NCBI GenBank assembly: GCA_965228855.1 | Contig: CBDDIJ010000003.1 | Span: 2,240,001-2,304,000 of the forward strand | Direction of reading: 5' to 3' | DNA: 64,000 nt | DNA from: Candidatus Obscuribacterales bacterium | GTDB taxonomy: Bacteria; Cyanobacteriota; Vampirovibrionia; Obscuribacterales; Obscuribacteraceae | Shown: one piece after another, positions 10,791 through 20,685 of the stretch | Numbering within the stretch: the stretch's first letter is position 1 | Layout: every line of letters begins with the position of its first letter | The notes under the pieces: model-generated | The model's input: the letters and a program-made list of their open reading frames with translations, nothing else | Told to the model about the DNA's origin: nothing | Database searches by the model: none | Position numbers and translations under genes: made by a program

Positions 10791-12117
10791 GAGCCCTCTC
10801 GATACCTTCCTTGAGAGCGTCGAACGCTTTCTTCAGTTGAATATCCTTGAGGTCGTCAGCTTTGCGCTCAACGTTCGGGCCGTCCGGGTCAAGCCACCAG
10901 GGTCCTTTATGGGCCTCAATGTCTTTCTTCTCGAGCTTCACTTCCAGGTCAGGCGCGATGCCCTTCTTGTTGATATCGGTATCATTCGGAGTCAGGTAAC
11001 GCGCAATTGTGATATTGACACCGCTTCCATCTTCCAATCGGTTGATACCCTGTACGAGCCCTTTACCAAAGGTTTTCTCACCCACTAGAATCGCCCGACC
11101 GTTATCCTTCAACGCACCGCTTGTGATTTCTGAAGCAGATGCACTCCCGTGATTTATCAAAATCGCGATCGGCAAATCGCAAATCGGATGTCCGGTGGAG
11201 GCTTCGGATTTCTTGTATCCATCGCGATCTACAGTAGACACGACTGTTCCATTCTTCAAAAACATATTTGAAATTGCGATGGCGTTGTTCAACAAACCAC
11301 CCGGGTTGTCGCGCAAGTCGAGCACAATCGCCTTGGCGCCAGGTAGTTTGGCAATTGACTCCGCAACTTCTCTGTCTGCTTTTTGAGAGATGAAACTGGA
11401 CAGTCTTATGTATCCAACTTCACTATCAAGCATCTGAGCCGTTTGAACTGCTTTCAACGGAATCTCCGCACGAGTGATCTTGATGATCAATTTCTCCGGC
11501 TCTTTTCCGCTCGTTTTGCGAGTGACAGTGAGAGCCACGTCTGTGTTGATCAAACCGCGAATTCTCTTGGCGGCATCATCAACGGTGTAACCTTCGGTCG
11601 GCTTACCATCGATCTCGGTCAGCTCATCACCAGCTTTTACGCCGGCTTTGAACGCAGGAGTGTCCTCGATCGGAGAGATGATGACGATTTTGCGTTCTTT
11701 GTTAGTCCCTATTTGCACGCCTATGCCGCAAATCTGCGCATCGATTTGCGAACGCTCATCATCAAAAGCATCGCGATCCAAAAATCTAGTGTAGCGATCA
11801 CCAAGGCTAGCCAACATGGTTTCGACGGCTTTGTGTGCGTCGTCAGAATTTTTCAGCTTCCCGTCATATTTGTTCTTCCAACGCTTCCAGTCTTGACCGT
11901 TGAATGTTCCATCATAGAAGTCGTCATTAATCAGGTCCCAGACCTTTTCGTAGATCTTCTCAGGATCGCTAAACGGACTCATGTATGGTCGTTGAGCCAG
12001 TTTGGCACCCCGACCAGGAATCGAGGCCAGGGGGCTGGTCTTCCCATAAGTAAAGTCAGAACCGCCAAGACTGACACACATCACCAGCGTCAGCCCGAGT
12101 AAGAGCTTCCCTTTCAT
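10759..12117 (-). CDS. ctpA: S41 family carboxyl-terminal processing protease with PDZ domain
   Basis: Signal peptide, LGDRYTRFL, PDZ GIGVQI, DLRDNPGGLL, catalytic SASASEI and TFGKGLVQ motifs. Confidence 0.95.
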   Translation of the reverse strand: MKGKLLLGLTLVMCVSLGGSDFTYGKTSPLASIPGRGAKLAQRPYMSPFSDPEKIYEKVWDLINDDFYDGTFNGQDWKRWKNKYDGKLKNSDDAHKAVETMLASLGDRYTRFLDRDAFDDERSQIDAQICGIGVQIGTNKERKIVIISPIEDTPAFKAGVKAGDELTEIDGKPTEGYTVDDAAKRIRGLINTDVALTVTRKTSGKEPEKLIIKITRAEIPLKAVQTAQMLDSEVGYIRLSSFISQKADREVAESIAKLPGAKAIVLDLRDNPGGLLNNAIAISNMFLKNGTVVSTVDRDGYKKSEASTGHPICDLPIAILINHGSASASEITSGALKDNGRAILVGEKTFGKGLVQGINRLEDGSGVNITIARYLTPNDTDINKKGIAPDLEVKLEKKDIEAHKGPWWLDPDGPNVERKADDLKDIQLKKAFDALKEGIERAPSVAMQRAAK

Positions 12118-12662
12118 CTTTTACATCACGACTCCCTTAGACACAAACGGTTTCTAATTTGCCTACGCGCCAGGCACTCTGGGAAACAGGGGCGGTATCG
12201 AAAAACCTAGGTCTCATCAGCGTTTCGATAATGCTGGCCGCATTTGTAAATGACGTCATCGCCTCCCGGAGTCGTGAAAGATATGGTGACTAGTGCTTTA
12301 TACCCGTTGCACCAATCTTTTAAGCAGGTGTATCGCTTATTGGCTGCGGCTTTCCAAAATCGAGAAGATTTCCCAATGTCGTCAACGACGATCCCCTGTA
12401 CGTTTACACGAAAACTAGCCGTCGCAAAACGGCTTCAGAGGCTGGAGTACAGGGTTTGGAGATTCCTTTCTCGTCTTGAAGACAAGCGCCATACTAATCG
12501 GGTGATACCATAGAGTGTACTCAAAAATTCCGGCGGTTGCCATGGTGAATTTCCCTGGCCTTTTTCACCGCCCGGTAGGCTTGCGGGCGGTTTTCCTTTG
12601 AAAACTCCTGAGCGCCAAAGGTACTACATGGCAATTCATATTAATAGGTAGGATGGGAGCAA

Positions 12663-13469
12663 ATGGCGGAGAAACCTAAGGCAGACATCGGCGTTTTCGG
12701 AGGATCGGGCTTCTACAAATTGCTCGACGAATTTACCGAGCATGTAATCGAAACCCCTTACGGCGCGCCGAGCGACAAAGTCGCAATCGGCAAGCTCGGC
12801 GGCAAAACTGTCGCGTTCATGCCGCGCCACGGAGCCGGTCACACACTGCCCCCCCACAAGATCAACTATCGCGCTAACGTCTGGGCGATGAAGTCGCTCG
12901 GCGTCAAAAGACTGATCACGCCGTGCGCAGCCGGAAGCTTGCAGACGAACGTAAAGCCGGGCGAATTCGTCGTCTGCGATCAATTTGTCGACCGCACGTC
13001 GGGACGCATCGATACGTTTTACGATGGTCCGATTACCACGCACGTCTCATCGGCTGAACCTTATTGCCCTGAACTGCGCGAGCTGGCGGTGAAGGCTGGC
13101 AAAGACGCAGGCATCACGATGCATGACAAAGGAACCGTCGTTGTCATTCAAGGACCGAGATTCTCCTCGAAAGCCGAGTCCACCTGGTTCACGAATGCGG
13201 GTTGGGAAGTCATCAACATGACTCAGTACCCCGAGGTTCACCTCGCTAAAGAGCAAGAGCTTTGCGTCGTCAATATCTCATTGATCACAGATTACGACAG
13301 CGGCTTGATGGGCGACGTTCCACCAGTTTCGCATGCTGAAGTCGTTAAGGTCTTCACCGAAAATAATGCGAAGCTGCTCACGCTTCTGACGAAACTAATC
13401 GAAGGCATGCCGGATCGCAGCGCCAAGTGCAACTGCGGCTCCGCGCTGGTTGGCGCTCGCATCGAGTAA
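12663..13469 (+). CDS. mtnP: S-methyl-5'-thioadenosine phosphorylase
   Basis: IGVFGGSG, TPYGAPSD, RHG..H..PP..INYRAN, QGPRFSSKAES, INMT..PE and TDYD motifs; GGGAG RBS. Confidence 0.93.
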   Translation: MAEKPKADIGVFGGSGFYKLLDEFTEHVIETPYGAPSDKVAIGKLGGKTVAFMPRHGAGHTLPPHKINYRANVWAMKSLGVKRLITPCAAGSLQTNVKPGEFVVCDQFVDRTSGRIDTFYDGPITTHVSSAEPYCPELRELAVKAGKDAGITMHDKGTVVVIQGPRFSSKAESTWFTNAGWEVINMTQYPEVHLAKEQELCVVNISLITDYDSGLMGDVPPVSHAEVVKVFTENNAKLLTLLTKLIEGMPDRSAKCNCGSALVGARIE

Positions 13470-13599
13470 TTTTAGGTGCGGTCTCTGCGTGGTGACGCGG
13501 GATAGCCTGAGGCACTCCGAACTTTCGCCTTAGGTACTCGTTAGTCCCAAACGGCATCAAAAAGCAAACTTCATTCCACTTGGGACTCAGATTCCAGAG

Positions 13600-13680
13600 C
13601 GCATCGACCAGCTCTGGACTCGCATCGACCAGGTTCGGACTCACATCGACCGGGTTTCGAACTCACATCGACCAAACTCT
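13600..13680. repeat. Degenerate 21-22-bp tandem repeat, 4 copies of the CATCGACC core
   Basis: CATCGACC at 13602, 13623, 13644 and 13666, most preceded by ACTC(G/A). Confidence 0.8.
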
Positions 13681-13823
13681 GGTTTAAATCGATCCGCAAA
13701 CTGAGCTTCAACGTGTTGACTCACGAAATTCGTAGCCGATTTATGTCCTAAATGGACTAAACAGCTAAATTCAATTCCTCTCAGTAATATTGGGTCACTA
13801 AGGCAAAAGTTAAATGGTCATAG

Positions 13824-13970
13824 TGCTTCAATAAGCCTGGCAAACCATTGCTTCAATGACTCCTGGCATCAGCCAGGCAAACACTGCTTCAATGACGCCT
13901 GGAAGATCCGCCTGGAAGATCCGCCTGGAAGATCCGCCAGGCAAAAACTGCTCCAATGACGCTTGGAAGT
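13824..13970. repeat. Composite intergenic repeat cluster
   Basis: TGCT(T/C)CAAT at 13824, 13849, 13885 and 13949; 13-bp CGCCTGGAAGATC x3 at 13896-13934; GCC(A/T)GGCAAA x3. Confidence 0.8.
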
Positions 13971-14112
13971 GTGACGCTTGGCTACCATTTGCTTGCACGG
14001 GACCTTGACGTGCGCAGGCGCAGATTCTCTGCGATAATGTGACTCTGTCGACACTAGATGGCGTCTGCTTCAGACTTCCGTGTCGGTATCGCATCTTTGC
14101 AAGAGACGGGTC

Positions 14113-14310
14113 ATGAATTTTCCGCGTCTGAAAGTCAATCACATGGTTGCCATTTTGGCAGTATGTCTTGCCCTAAGTGCGTATCTTGCAATGAGGCGCT
14201 TTGGTTTTCCTGAAAAAGTTTGCATAGGCACAGGATTTCTCTGTGTTCTGGTAGTGGCCATTTTTTGGTCGTGCGTAATACTGACGGATGATGAGGACGA
14301 AGATGATTAG
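14113..14310 (+). CDS. Small two-TM membrane protein with an acidic tail
   Basis: 65 aa from ATG 14113, two hydrophobic helices, DDEDEDD tail; overlaps the start of the downstream peptidase gene. Confidence 0.55.
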   Translation: MNFPRLKVNHMVAILAVCLALSAYLAMRRFGFPEKVCIGTGFLCVLVVAIFWSCVILTDDEDEDD

Positions 14311-15844
14311 GGCGATTCGAAAGAATGCGGCGTTCGCGCTGGCGATGTCGTTTGTTATGTCTGGTACAGCGGCCTCGGCAGCGAATAGTGACGAAAAAAC
14401 GAATGAAAAAGCGTACAACGCGTCACTAGCAAATTTGACTGACCAAATTGGTTACCCGGGCTACCCCTGCCCCGCCGTTCAAGATTGGAAGACACGTTCA
14501 GACAAGAAACGACGGATCGCGCAAGCGGTTTCGCAGGAGAAGCCGAAGCTGCCTAAGCCGCTCATTCCAATCACAAAAGACTTCAAGTTGGAAAACGGCT
14601 TGCGCGTGATCGTTTCGGAAGACCACTCCGTGCCGGTCGCGTCTTTCGTACTTATATATGATGTCGGCGCCCGCGATGAGAAGAAAACGAAGTCGGGGTT
14701 CGCGCATCTGTTTGAGCACATGATGTTCGAGGGCTCTGACAACGTTCCGAAGGGAGCGTTCTTCAAACACGTACAAGCCTCCGGCGGTCAGCTTAACGCT
14801 TCTACCCATGCCGATTTCACGGACTACTATGAGAAATTGCCGAGCAATCAGATCGAACTCGCGTTCTGGCTTGAGTCCGACCGCATGCGCTCCTTGAAAG
14901 TTACCGAAGAGAATTTCAAAAACCAACTCGATACGGTTAAGGAAGAAAAACGTTTGCGCATCGACAATCAGCCGTACATGCCGGCGGCATTGAAGACGGA
15001 AGAAACTATCTTCGATAACTGGGCGAACGCTCACCCGGTAATTGGTTCGACCGAGGATCTAGAGGGTTCCACAGTTGCTGATGTGAAGCAGTTCTTCGAT
15101 ACCTACTATGCGCCCAACAACGCGACTATCGCTGTTGTCGGCGATGTGAAATCTGACGAAATCGAAGAATTAGCCAAGAAATATTTTGGTTCGATTCCAA
15201 GTCAGAAACCGCCTGAACGCCCTAATCTTGATGAGCCCAAACAAGAGAAAGCTAAGTATCTCAAGATTGAAGATAACCAGGCAAAGATGCCGGCGTTCTG
15301 GATGGCGTGGAAAGCGCCTCAACGCAGGGACAAAGATTCCTTTACGCTCAACATGATTCAGAGCATACTGACAGGCGGCGCCTCGTCGCGTCTCTATCAG
15401 CGTCTCGTGAAGGACGATCAGGTTGCTCTGAAGATCCAGAGCAGTTACGAAGAACGTCGCGGTCCCTCGGAATTCGACATCTTCTGCGTCCTGAAGAAGA
15501 GCGATGCGGAAACGGTTCGCAAGATAATTCTCGAAGAGATTCAAAAACTTAAAGACACACCGGTGTCAGCAAGTGAGCTGGAGAAAGCGAAGAATAAAAC
15601 ACTGGCTTCTTTCTTTTCCTCATCCAGCTATTCATCACTGCAGCGCAGCCTGGGACGCGGAGAGATTTTGGCTCAATATGCCAGCTTCTACGGTGACCCG
15701 ACGCTCGTCGATCAGGACGTTGAAGCTTATTTGAATGTCACCGCAGACGACGTTCAAGCACTCGCGAAGAAAATATTTACGCCTGAAGGCATCACGATTT
15801 GCGATGTAGTGCCAGGTTCGGCGAAACCGAAGGCAGAGGGTTAA
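14288..15844 (+). CDS. M16 (pitrilysin-like) zinc peptidase, catalytic subunit, secreted
   Basis: KLENGLRV, SGFAHLFEHMMF (HxxEH), NAST, ESDRM and VKEEKR motifs; signal peptide. Confidence 0.93.
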   Translation: MMRTKMIRAIRKNAAFALAMSFVMSGTAASAANSDEKTNEKAYNASLANLTDQIGYPGYPCPAVQDWKTRSDKKRRIAQAVSQEKPKLPKPLIPITKDFKLENGLRVIVSEDHSVPVASFVLIYDVGARDEKKTKSGFAHLFEHMMFEGSDNVPKGAFFKHVQASGGQLNASTHADFTDYYEKLPSNQIELAFWLESDRMRSLKVTEENFKNQLDTVKEEKRLRIDNQPYMPAALKTEETIFDNWANAHPVIGSTEDLEGSTVADVKQFFDTYYAPNNATIAVVGDVKSDEIEELAKKYFGSIPSQKPPERPNLDEPKQEKAKYLKIEDNQAKMPAFWMAWKAPQRRDKDSFTLNMIQSILTGGASSRLYQRLVKDDQVALKIQSSYEERRGPSEFDIFCVLKKSDAETVRKIILEEIQKLKDTPVSASELEKAKNKTLASFFSSSSYSSLQRSLGRGEILAQYASFYGDPTLVDQDVEAYLNVTADDVQALAKKIFTPEGITICDVVPGSAKPKAEG

Positions 15845-15849
15845 GAGTC

Positions 15850-17616
15850 ATGAGAAGAGAAACAAAGATGAATTCAATTTACGAAAGCATCAAAGCTGCC
15901 ACCACAACCGGTGTAGTCGCGGTGATGTTTATGACCACTACCGGCGGTTCCATCGCCTTTGCAGAAGATGCGAAGAAGCCGATGCCACCGGCACTGAAGG
16001 ACTCACCGGAGGCCGGCAGCTGCATGCCGGACATTAGCAAAGCGGAAGCTCTTCGGAACGCGGCAAAGTCAAAAGCGACAAAATCGGAAGCCGCAAAGTC
16101 CGGAGCATCTCAGTCAGCAGCATCTCAGTCAGCAACAGCCTCGCAAACAGCAACATCGAAGGAAGCAGCATCAGCAAAACGTTCGCAGAAGAAACTGCTT
16201 GCAGCAGTTGAAGAAAGCTGGCGGGCTAAACCGCCAACCCTTCCGGCGCCCAAAGAATTCAAAATGCCGGAAGTCAGAACATACAAACTCGACAACGGTC
16301 TGAAAGTTCAACTGGTCGTCGACCACCGCTTTCCTTACATCACGACATTTCTCGGGATGAAAACCGGCACCATTGCTGATGATCCGGAATCTCTGGGTGT
16401 CGCGGACATGACCGCCGACATGCTGAAAGAGGGAACCAAAACACTCAAGAGCAAACAGATTGCCGAAGAAGTGGATTTCATCGGTGGCTCACTGAATGCG
16501 ATATCAGACTACGATTTCACAATCGTCAGCAGCAGCGCGTTATCGAATTACACGGACAGAATGTTTTCGATCCTGCACGATGTTTTGTTCAATCCGAGCT
16601 TTCCTGAAGACGAATTGAAGCTCAAGAAAACCAACTGGATTCAAGAACTGACAATGAAGCGCAGCAATCCTGATTACCTTCTTGAGGAGCGTTTCCGCAA
16701 AGTCGTGTTCGGCAAACACCCTTATGGCGTCGTCTCACCAACGCCTGCCATGATTGAGAAAATCACCCAGGCGGATCTGCAAAAGTTCCACAAAGCCAAC
16801 TACATTCCAAACGATTCAACCTTGATTGTGCTGGGCGATATCGATGAAAAGAAAATCGATGAACAGATTAAGGCGACCTTCGGATCGTGGGAAAAAGGCG
16901 AGCGCAAATCAGGCGAATTGGCGGAGGCGGCGGTCAACAAAGAGCGTCGCGTCTATGTCGTCGACCGTCCCGGTTCCGTTCAAACGGCACTGATGATCGG
17001 CAACCTTGGAATCAAGAAAAAGGATCCCGACTATTTTGCAACACGCGTCATGAACCAGATCCTTGGTGGCAGCGCTCACTCGCGATTGTTCCTCAATATT
17101 CGCGAGCAGAAGGGATACACGTATGGCGCCTACAGCAGCATGCCCGCTCGCATCTATCCAGACGCGTTCTCTGCCGGAGCCTCTGTTCGTACAGAAGTGA
17201 CGGCGCCAGCGGTGAAAGAGTTTTTGTTTGAACTCGATCGCATTCGCGACTCAGCCGTCACCAAGGAAGAGATCGATGACGCGAAAGCGTATCTCGTCGG
17301 TCAATATCAGCTAGGTTTGGAGACACAAGCTGGTTTTGCACAACGTCTGCTCGAGGTCGATTTGTTCGACATGCCGGCTGACTATTTGGAAACCTTCACG
17401 AAGAAAATCATGGCTGTGGAAGCCGCTGATATTCAACGTGCAGCAAATCGCGTCATCCAATCGAAGGATCTGGTTATCACCGCAGTTGGTGACGCTGCGA
17501 AAATTAAGTCCGGTCTTGAAACTTATGGAAAGGTCGAACTTTACGATGCCAACGGCGAAATGACGACGATGGCAAATCCGACAAAGCCTGCCGATACAAA
17601 AACAATCGAGCAGTAA
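15850..17616 (+). CDS. M16 peptidase family protein, non-catalytic partner subunit
   Basis: KLDNGLKV; HxxEH replaced by DMTADM; SRLFLNIREQKGYTYG (R/Y pair); likely start ATG 15850. Confidence 0.88.
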   Translation: MRRETKMNSIYESIKAATTTGVVAVMFMTTTGGSIAFAEDAKKPMPPALKDSPEAGSCMPDISKAEALRNAAKSKATKSEAAKSGASQSAASQSATASQTATSKEAASAKRSQKKLLAAVEESWRAKPPTLPAPKEFKMPEVRTYKLDNGLKVQLVVDHRFPYITTFLGMKTGTIADDPESLGVADMTADMLKEGTKTLKSKQIAEEVDFIGGSLNAISDYDFTIVSSSALSNYTDRMFSILHDVLFNPSFPEDELKLKKTNWIQELTMKRSNPDYLLEERFRKVVFGKHPYGVVSPTPAMIEKITQADLQKFHKANYIPNDSTLIVLGDIDEKKIDEQIKATFGSWEKGERKSGELAEAAVNKERRVYVVDRPGSVQTALMIGNLGIKKKDPDYFATRVMNQILGGSAHSRLFLNIREQKGYTYGAYSSMPARIYPDAFSAGASVRTEVTAPAVKEFLFELDRIRDSAVTKEEIDDAKAYLVGQYQLGLETQAGFAQRLLEVDLFDMPADYLETFTKKIMAVEAADIQRAANRVIQSKDLVITAVGDAAKIKSGLETYGKVELYDANGEMTTMANPTKPADTKTIEQ

Positions 17617-17669
17617 TCAACCAATACTGAAGGTGTTAACACTTACAGCAAAAAATACGACCCGGAGCG

Positions 17670-19367
17670 GTGCGAAAGGATCGACTGCGTTTCACAACGA
17701 AAGTTACGGCGAATCCAATTTCACACCGCTCCTTCGCTTACATAGGAAACCAATTGGCAGCTACCGATTTTGACACCGTCATACGGGGCGGCACTATATA
17801 CGATGGCGATGGAGGCGAACCTTTCATCGGAGATATCGCCATTAAGGGCGATACCATAGCAGGGCTCGGTCCCAAACTCACAGGTCGAGGCACCAGAGAG
17901 TTGGATGCTACGGGACTTGCTGTGGCGCCTGGTTTCATCAACATGCTGAGCTGGGCAAATGAAAGCCTGATTGCCGACGGACGTTCCATGAGCGACATCA
18001 AGCAGGGTGTCACTCTCGAGGTGATGGGCGAAGGAAGTTCCATGGGGCCCTGGAATGACGTGATGAAGCGTGAGCGCGTAGAGAACCAGGGTGATATCAA
18101 ATACGATATCGAATGGACAACTCTTCGCGAGTATCTCGACTTTCTAGAGCGCAAAGGAGTCTCGTGCAATGTGGCGTCGTTTGTCGGCGCCACGACAGTC
18201 CGCGTGAATGTTCTCGGACGCAACGATGTCGAGCCGACCGCCGACCAATTGGAAAACATGAAAAACTTCGTGCGCGAAGCCATGAAAGACGGCGCGCTGG
18301 GAGTGGCTTCGGCTCTGATCTATGCTCCCGCCTTCTACGCAAAAACAGAAGAACTCATCGCCCTGGCATCGGCAGCCGCCGAATACGGTGGCATGTACGC
18401 ATCACATCTCCGCAGCGAAGGAGACGCCTTCCTTGAGGCATTGGACGAATTCATAAGAATCGCAGAAACATCAGGCGCTCGCTCGGAAATTTATCACCTC
18501 AAAGTAGCCGGCAAAGCAAACTGGCCAAAAATGGAGCAAGCGCTAAATCGCATTGAAACCGCTCAAGAACTGGGTCTTCCAATTACAGCAGATATGTATA
18601 TGTACAGCGCGGCGCAAACGGGACTCGATGCTGCGATGCCACCATGGGTTCAAGAAGGCGGTTTGCGTGCCTGGATAGAACGCCTGCGACAACCGGAAGT
18701 TCGAGCCCGAGTCGTTGCCGAGATGGAAACAGCGACTGACAGCTGGGAAAACGGTTACCTGCACTCGGGTGCAGACGGTGCGCTCCTCGTCGGATTTAAA
18801 AAGCTCAAACAATATACGGGCAAAACCCTGGCACAAATTGCCACGGAGCGCGGGACTACGCCGGCGGAAACAGCAATCGATCTGGTAATCGAAGACGAAA
18901 GCCGGGTTGAAACTGTTTACTTCTGGATGTCCGAAGAAAACATCCGAAAGCAGCTCGTCAAGCCATGGTTCAGCATCGGCTCAGATGGTTCATCCCTCGC
19001 CACCGAAGGAGTTTTTCTAAATTCGAGCACTCATCCGCGAGCCTATGGGAATGTCGCGCGTTTCCTGGGGAAATATGTCAGAGACGAGAACTTGATGACT
19101 TTGCAAGAAGGCATCAGACGTCTGACGGTTTTACCAGCGACCAATTTAAGGCTTAATAACCGAGGCGCGCTCAAACTCGGCTGCTTTGCCGACGTGGTAG
19201 CTTTCAATCCCGAAGAAATTCAGGACAAGGCGACCTTCGAGAACCCTCATCAATACTCGCTCGGCATGCACCATGTTTTCGTCAACGGCACACAAGTTTT
19301 AAAAGATGGTGACCACACTGGAGCACTGCCAGGTCGAGTAGTTCTTGGTCCTGGCGCGAAGCATTAG
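17670..19367 (+). CDS. N-acyl-D-amino-acid deacylase family amidohydrolase
   Basis: IRGGTIYDG, APGFIN, QGVT, SHLRSE, IGSDG, HPRAYG and VFVNG motifs; start codon uncertain. Confidence 0.88.
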   Translation: MRKDRLRFTTKVTANPISHRSFAYIGNQLAATDFDTVIRGGTIYDGDGGEPFIGDIAIKGDTIAGLGPKLTGRGTRELDATGLAVAPGFINMLSWANESLIADGRSMSDIKQGVTLEVMGEGSSMGPWNDVMKRERVENQGDIKYDIEWTTLREYLDFLERKGVSCNVASFVGATTVRVNVLGRNDVEPTADQLENMKNFVREAMKDGALGVASALIYAPAFYAKTEELIALASAAAEYGGMYASHLRSEGDAFLEALDEFIRIAETSGARSEIYHLKVAGKANWPKMEQALNRIETAQELGLPITADMYMYSAAQTGLDAAMPPWVQEGGLRAWIERLRQPEVRARVVAEMETATDSWENGYLHSGADGALLVGFKKLKQYTGKTLAQIATERGTTPAETAIDLVIEDESRVETVYFWMSEENIRKQLVKPWFSIGSDGSSLATEGVFLNSSTHPRAYGNVARFLGKYVRDENLMTLQEGIRRLTVLPATNLRLNNRGALKLGCFADVVAFNPEEIQDKATFENPHQYSLGMHHVFVNGTQVLKDGDHTGALPGRVVLGPGAKH

Positions 19368-19369
19368 TT

Positions 19370-19414
19370 CAGCTAAAGCAGAGAACAGCTAAAGCAAAGG
19401 AGCCAGCTACAGCA
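19370..19414. repeat. Three short direct repeats CAGCTA(A/C)AGCA between convergent genes
   Basis: Copies at 19370, 19386 and 19404. Confidence 0.7.
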
Positions 19415-19446
19415 GAAAGAAAGAGCATCCGTGAGACCTAGCGGTC

Positions 19447-19884
19447 TCACTCAGTCTGCGCGGTCTTCGGATTCTTGATTTGATAGGTGTAGGTTGACGT
19501 GAACACGACGCGATTGCTGTCCGGTTTCAAATTAAACGCAAGAAACGGCATCGGAACTGCGCAAACGGTTTGAGTCTGTAATTGTATGACCCGCACATCC
19601 GCAGCGATATCGTCTTTAAAGGCGGTGTATTGGGGATGACTGATGAACGCACCGCCGTACCCACAGTTGTCCATTCCATGCCGCGCGGCACCTTGAACTG
19701 CTTCAGTCGGTTTCCCTTCGAGAGCGGCTCCGGCAGCCAGCGCTATTGAATCACGGCAGACCTTATCATTGTATGTCTTAGCGAGATACAGGATACAGGT
19801 GTTGGTAGCAAGTAGAGACATAATTACGAGCAAGAGAACTGCTACACCAAGCTCGAAAAGACCGTGACCGGAAGGGTTGCGCAT
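19447..19884 (-). CDS. TadE-like pseudopilin
   Basis: Class III signal G|HGLFE (Glu at +5) followed by a hydrophobic helix; similar to the N-domain of 57935..60520. Confidence 0.7.
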   Translation of the reverse strand: MRNPSGHGLFELGVAVLLLVIMSLLATNTCILYLAKTYNDKVCRDSIALAAGAALEGKPTEAVQGAARHGMDNCGYGGAFISHPQYTAFKDDIAADVRVIQLQTQTVCAVPMPFLAFNLKPDSNRVVFTSTYTYQIKNPKTAQTE

Positions 19885-19952
19885 AGATTCAACCTGAGGG
19901 GTTACAAAACTAGTTTACCCTTTTTTGGCGATCTTTTTATGCTCCAGACAAA

Positions 19953-20513
19953 CTAGCCGTTCAGATCCAACTCGGCGAGGAAAGGCAGTTCGCGATACTT
20001 TTCATCGTAATCGAGACCGTAGCCGATAACGAACAAATCATCAATCGTGAATCCGACATAGTCAGCATTGATATCGACGACTCGGCGAGACGGTTTATCG
20101 AGGAAACAAGCGAGTTTCAACGATGCCGGATGGAATTGACCTTCCAGATAATCCATGAAGAACTTGGCGGTTCTGCCTGAATCGATGATGTCTTCAACCA
20201 CCAGGATATGGCGATTGGAGATGTTCGGCAGGTCCAGATAAGGCGCTTGCACGTGCCCTGAACTCTCCGTTGCACTGCCATAACTCGACAGTCTCACGAA
20301 CTCCATCTGCAGTGGATCTTTGGTCTTCAATTGACGCACGAGATCGGCGAAGAAAACCAGAGCCCCCTTCATGACGCCGATTACAACGAGTTCTTCGACA
20401 TCCTTGTATTCGTCACTGATGGTTTTTCCAAGCTCGATTATTCGCTTCTGGATCTTGTCGGCACTGTACAATTCAGTGATTTTCGGTCCCGCAGTCTTCT
20501 CACCAGTAACCAT
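19953..20513 (-). CDS. hpt: Hypoxanthine phosphoribosyltransferase
   Basis: GVMKGA, LSSYG, VVEDIIDSGRT (PRPP motif) and FVIGYGLDY..YRELP. Confidence 0.95.
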   Translation of the reverse strand: MVTGEKTAGPKITELYSADKIQKRIIELGKTISDEYKDVEELVVIGVMKGALVFFADLVRQLKTKDPLQMEFVRLSSYGSATESSGHVQAPYLDLPNISNRHILVVEDIIDSGRTAKFFMDYLEGQFHPASLKLACFLDKPSRRVVDINADYVGFTIDDLFVIGYGLDYDEKYRELPFLAELDLNG

Positions 20514-20685
20514 AGTTCCTCACCGCCCTTTTCGTAGGAAGTTGTAGATCCTAACAAAAACCACCGGCTGCGTACACGATGATTTGCGAGCTTTCATTGA
20601 AGATGACGAGCAAATGGGCTTTTCGGCAGATGAAATTGTTCACAATCGATTATTGATTAAACATTTGTCGCCGGTTTCACTGCAA

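Noticed and set aside
12250..12513. 87-aa ORF between ctpA and mtnP
   Set aside because: No RBS or recognisable motif; lies in a divergent promoter region; cannot be supported
12530..12595. Possible attenuator or riboswitch upstream of mtnP (hairpin ACCGCCCG/CGGGCGGT-TTT)
   Set aside because: Short U tract, no recognisable aptamer, and a plausible promoter (TTGAAA at about 12598) lies downstream of the hairpin
13600..13970. Degenerate CRISPR in the mtnP-peptidase intergenic region
   Set aside because: Units are 13-22 bp and lack unique 30-40-bp spacers
20628..20645. Rex-like site AGATGAA-N4-TTCACAA upstream of hpt
   Set aside because: Only one good half-site and an implausible target
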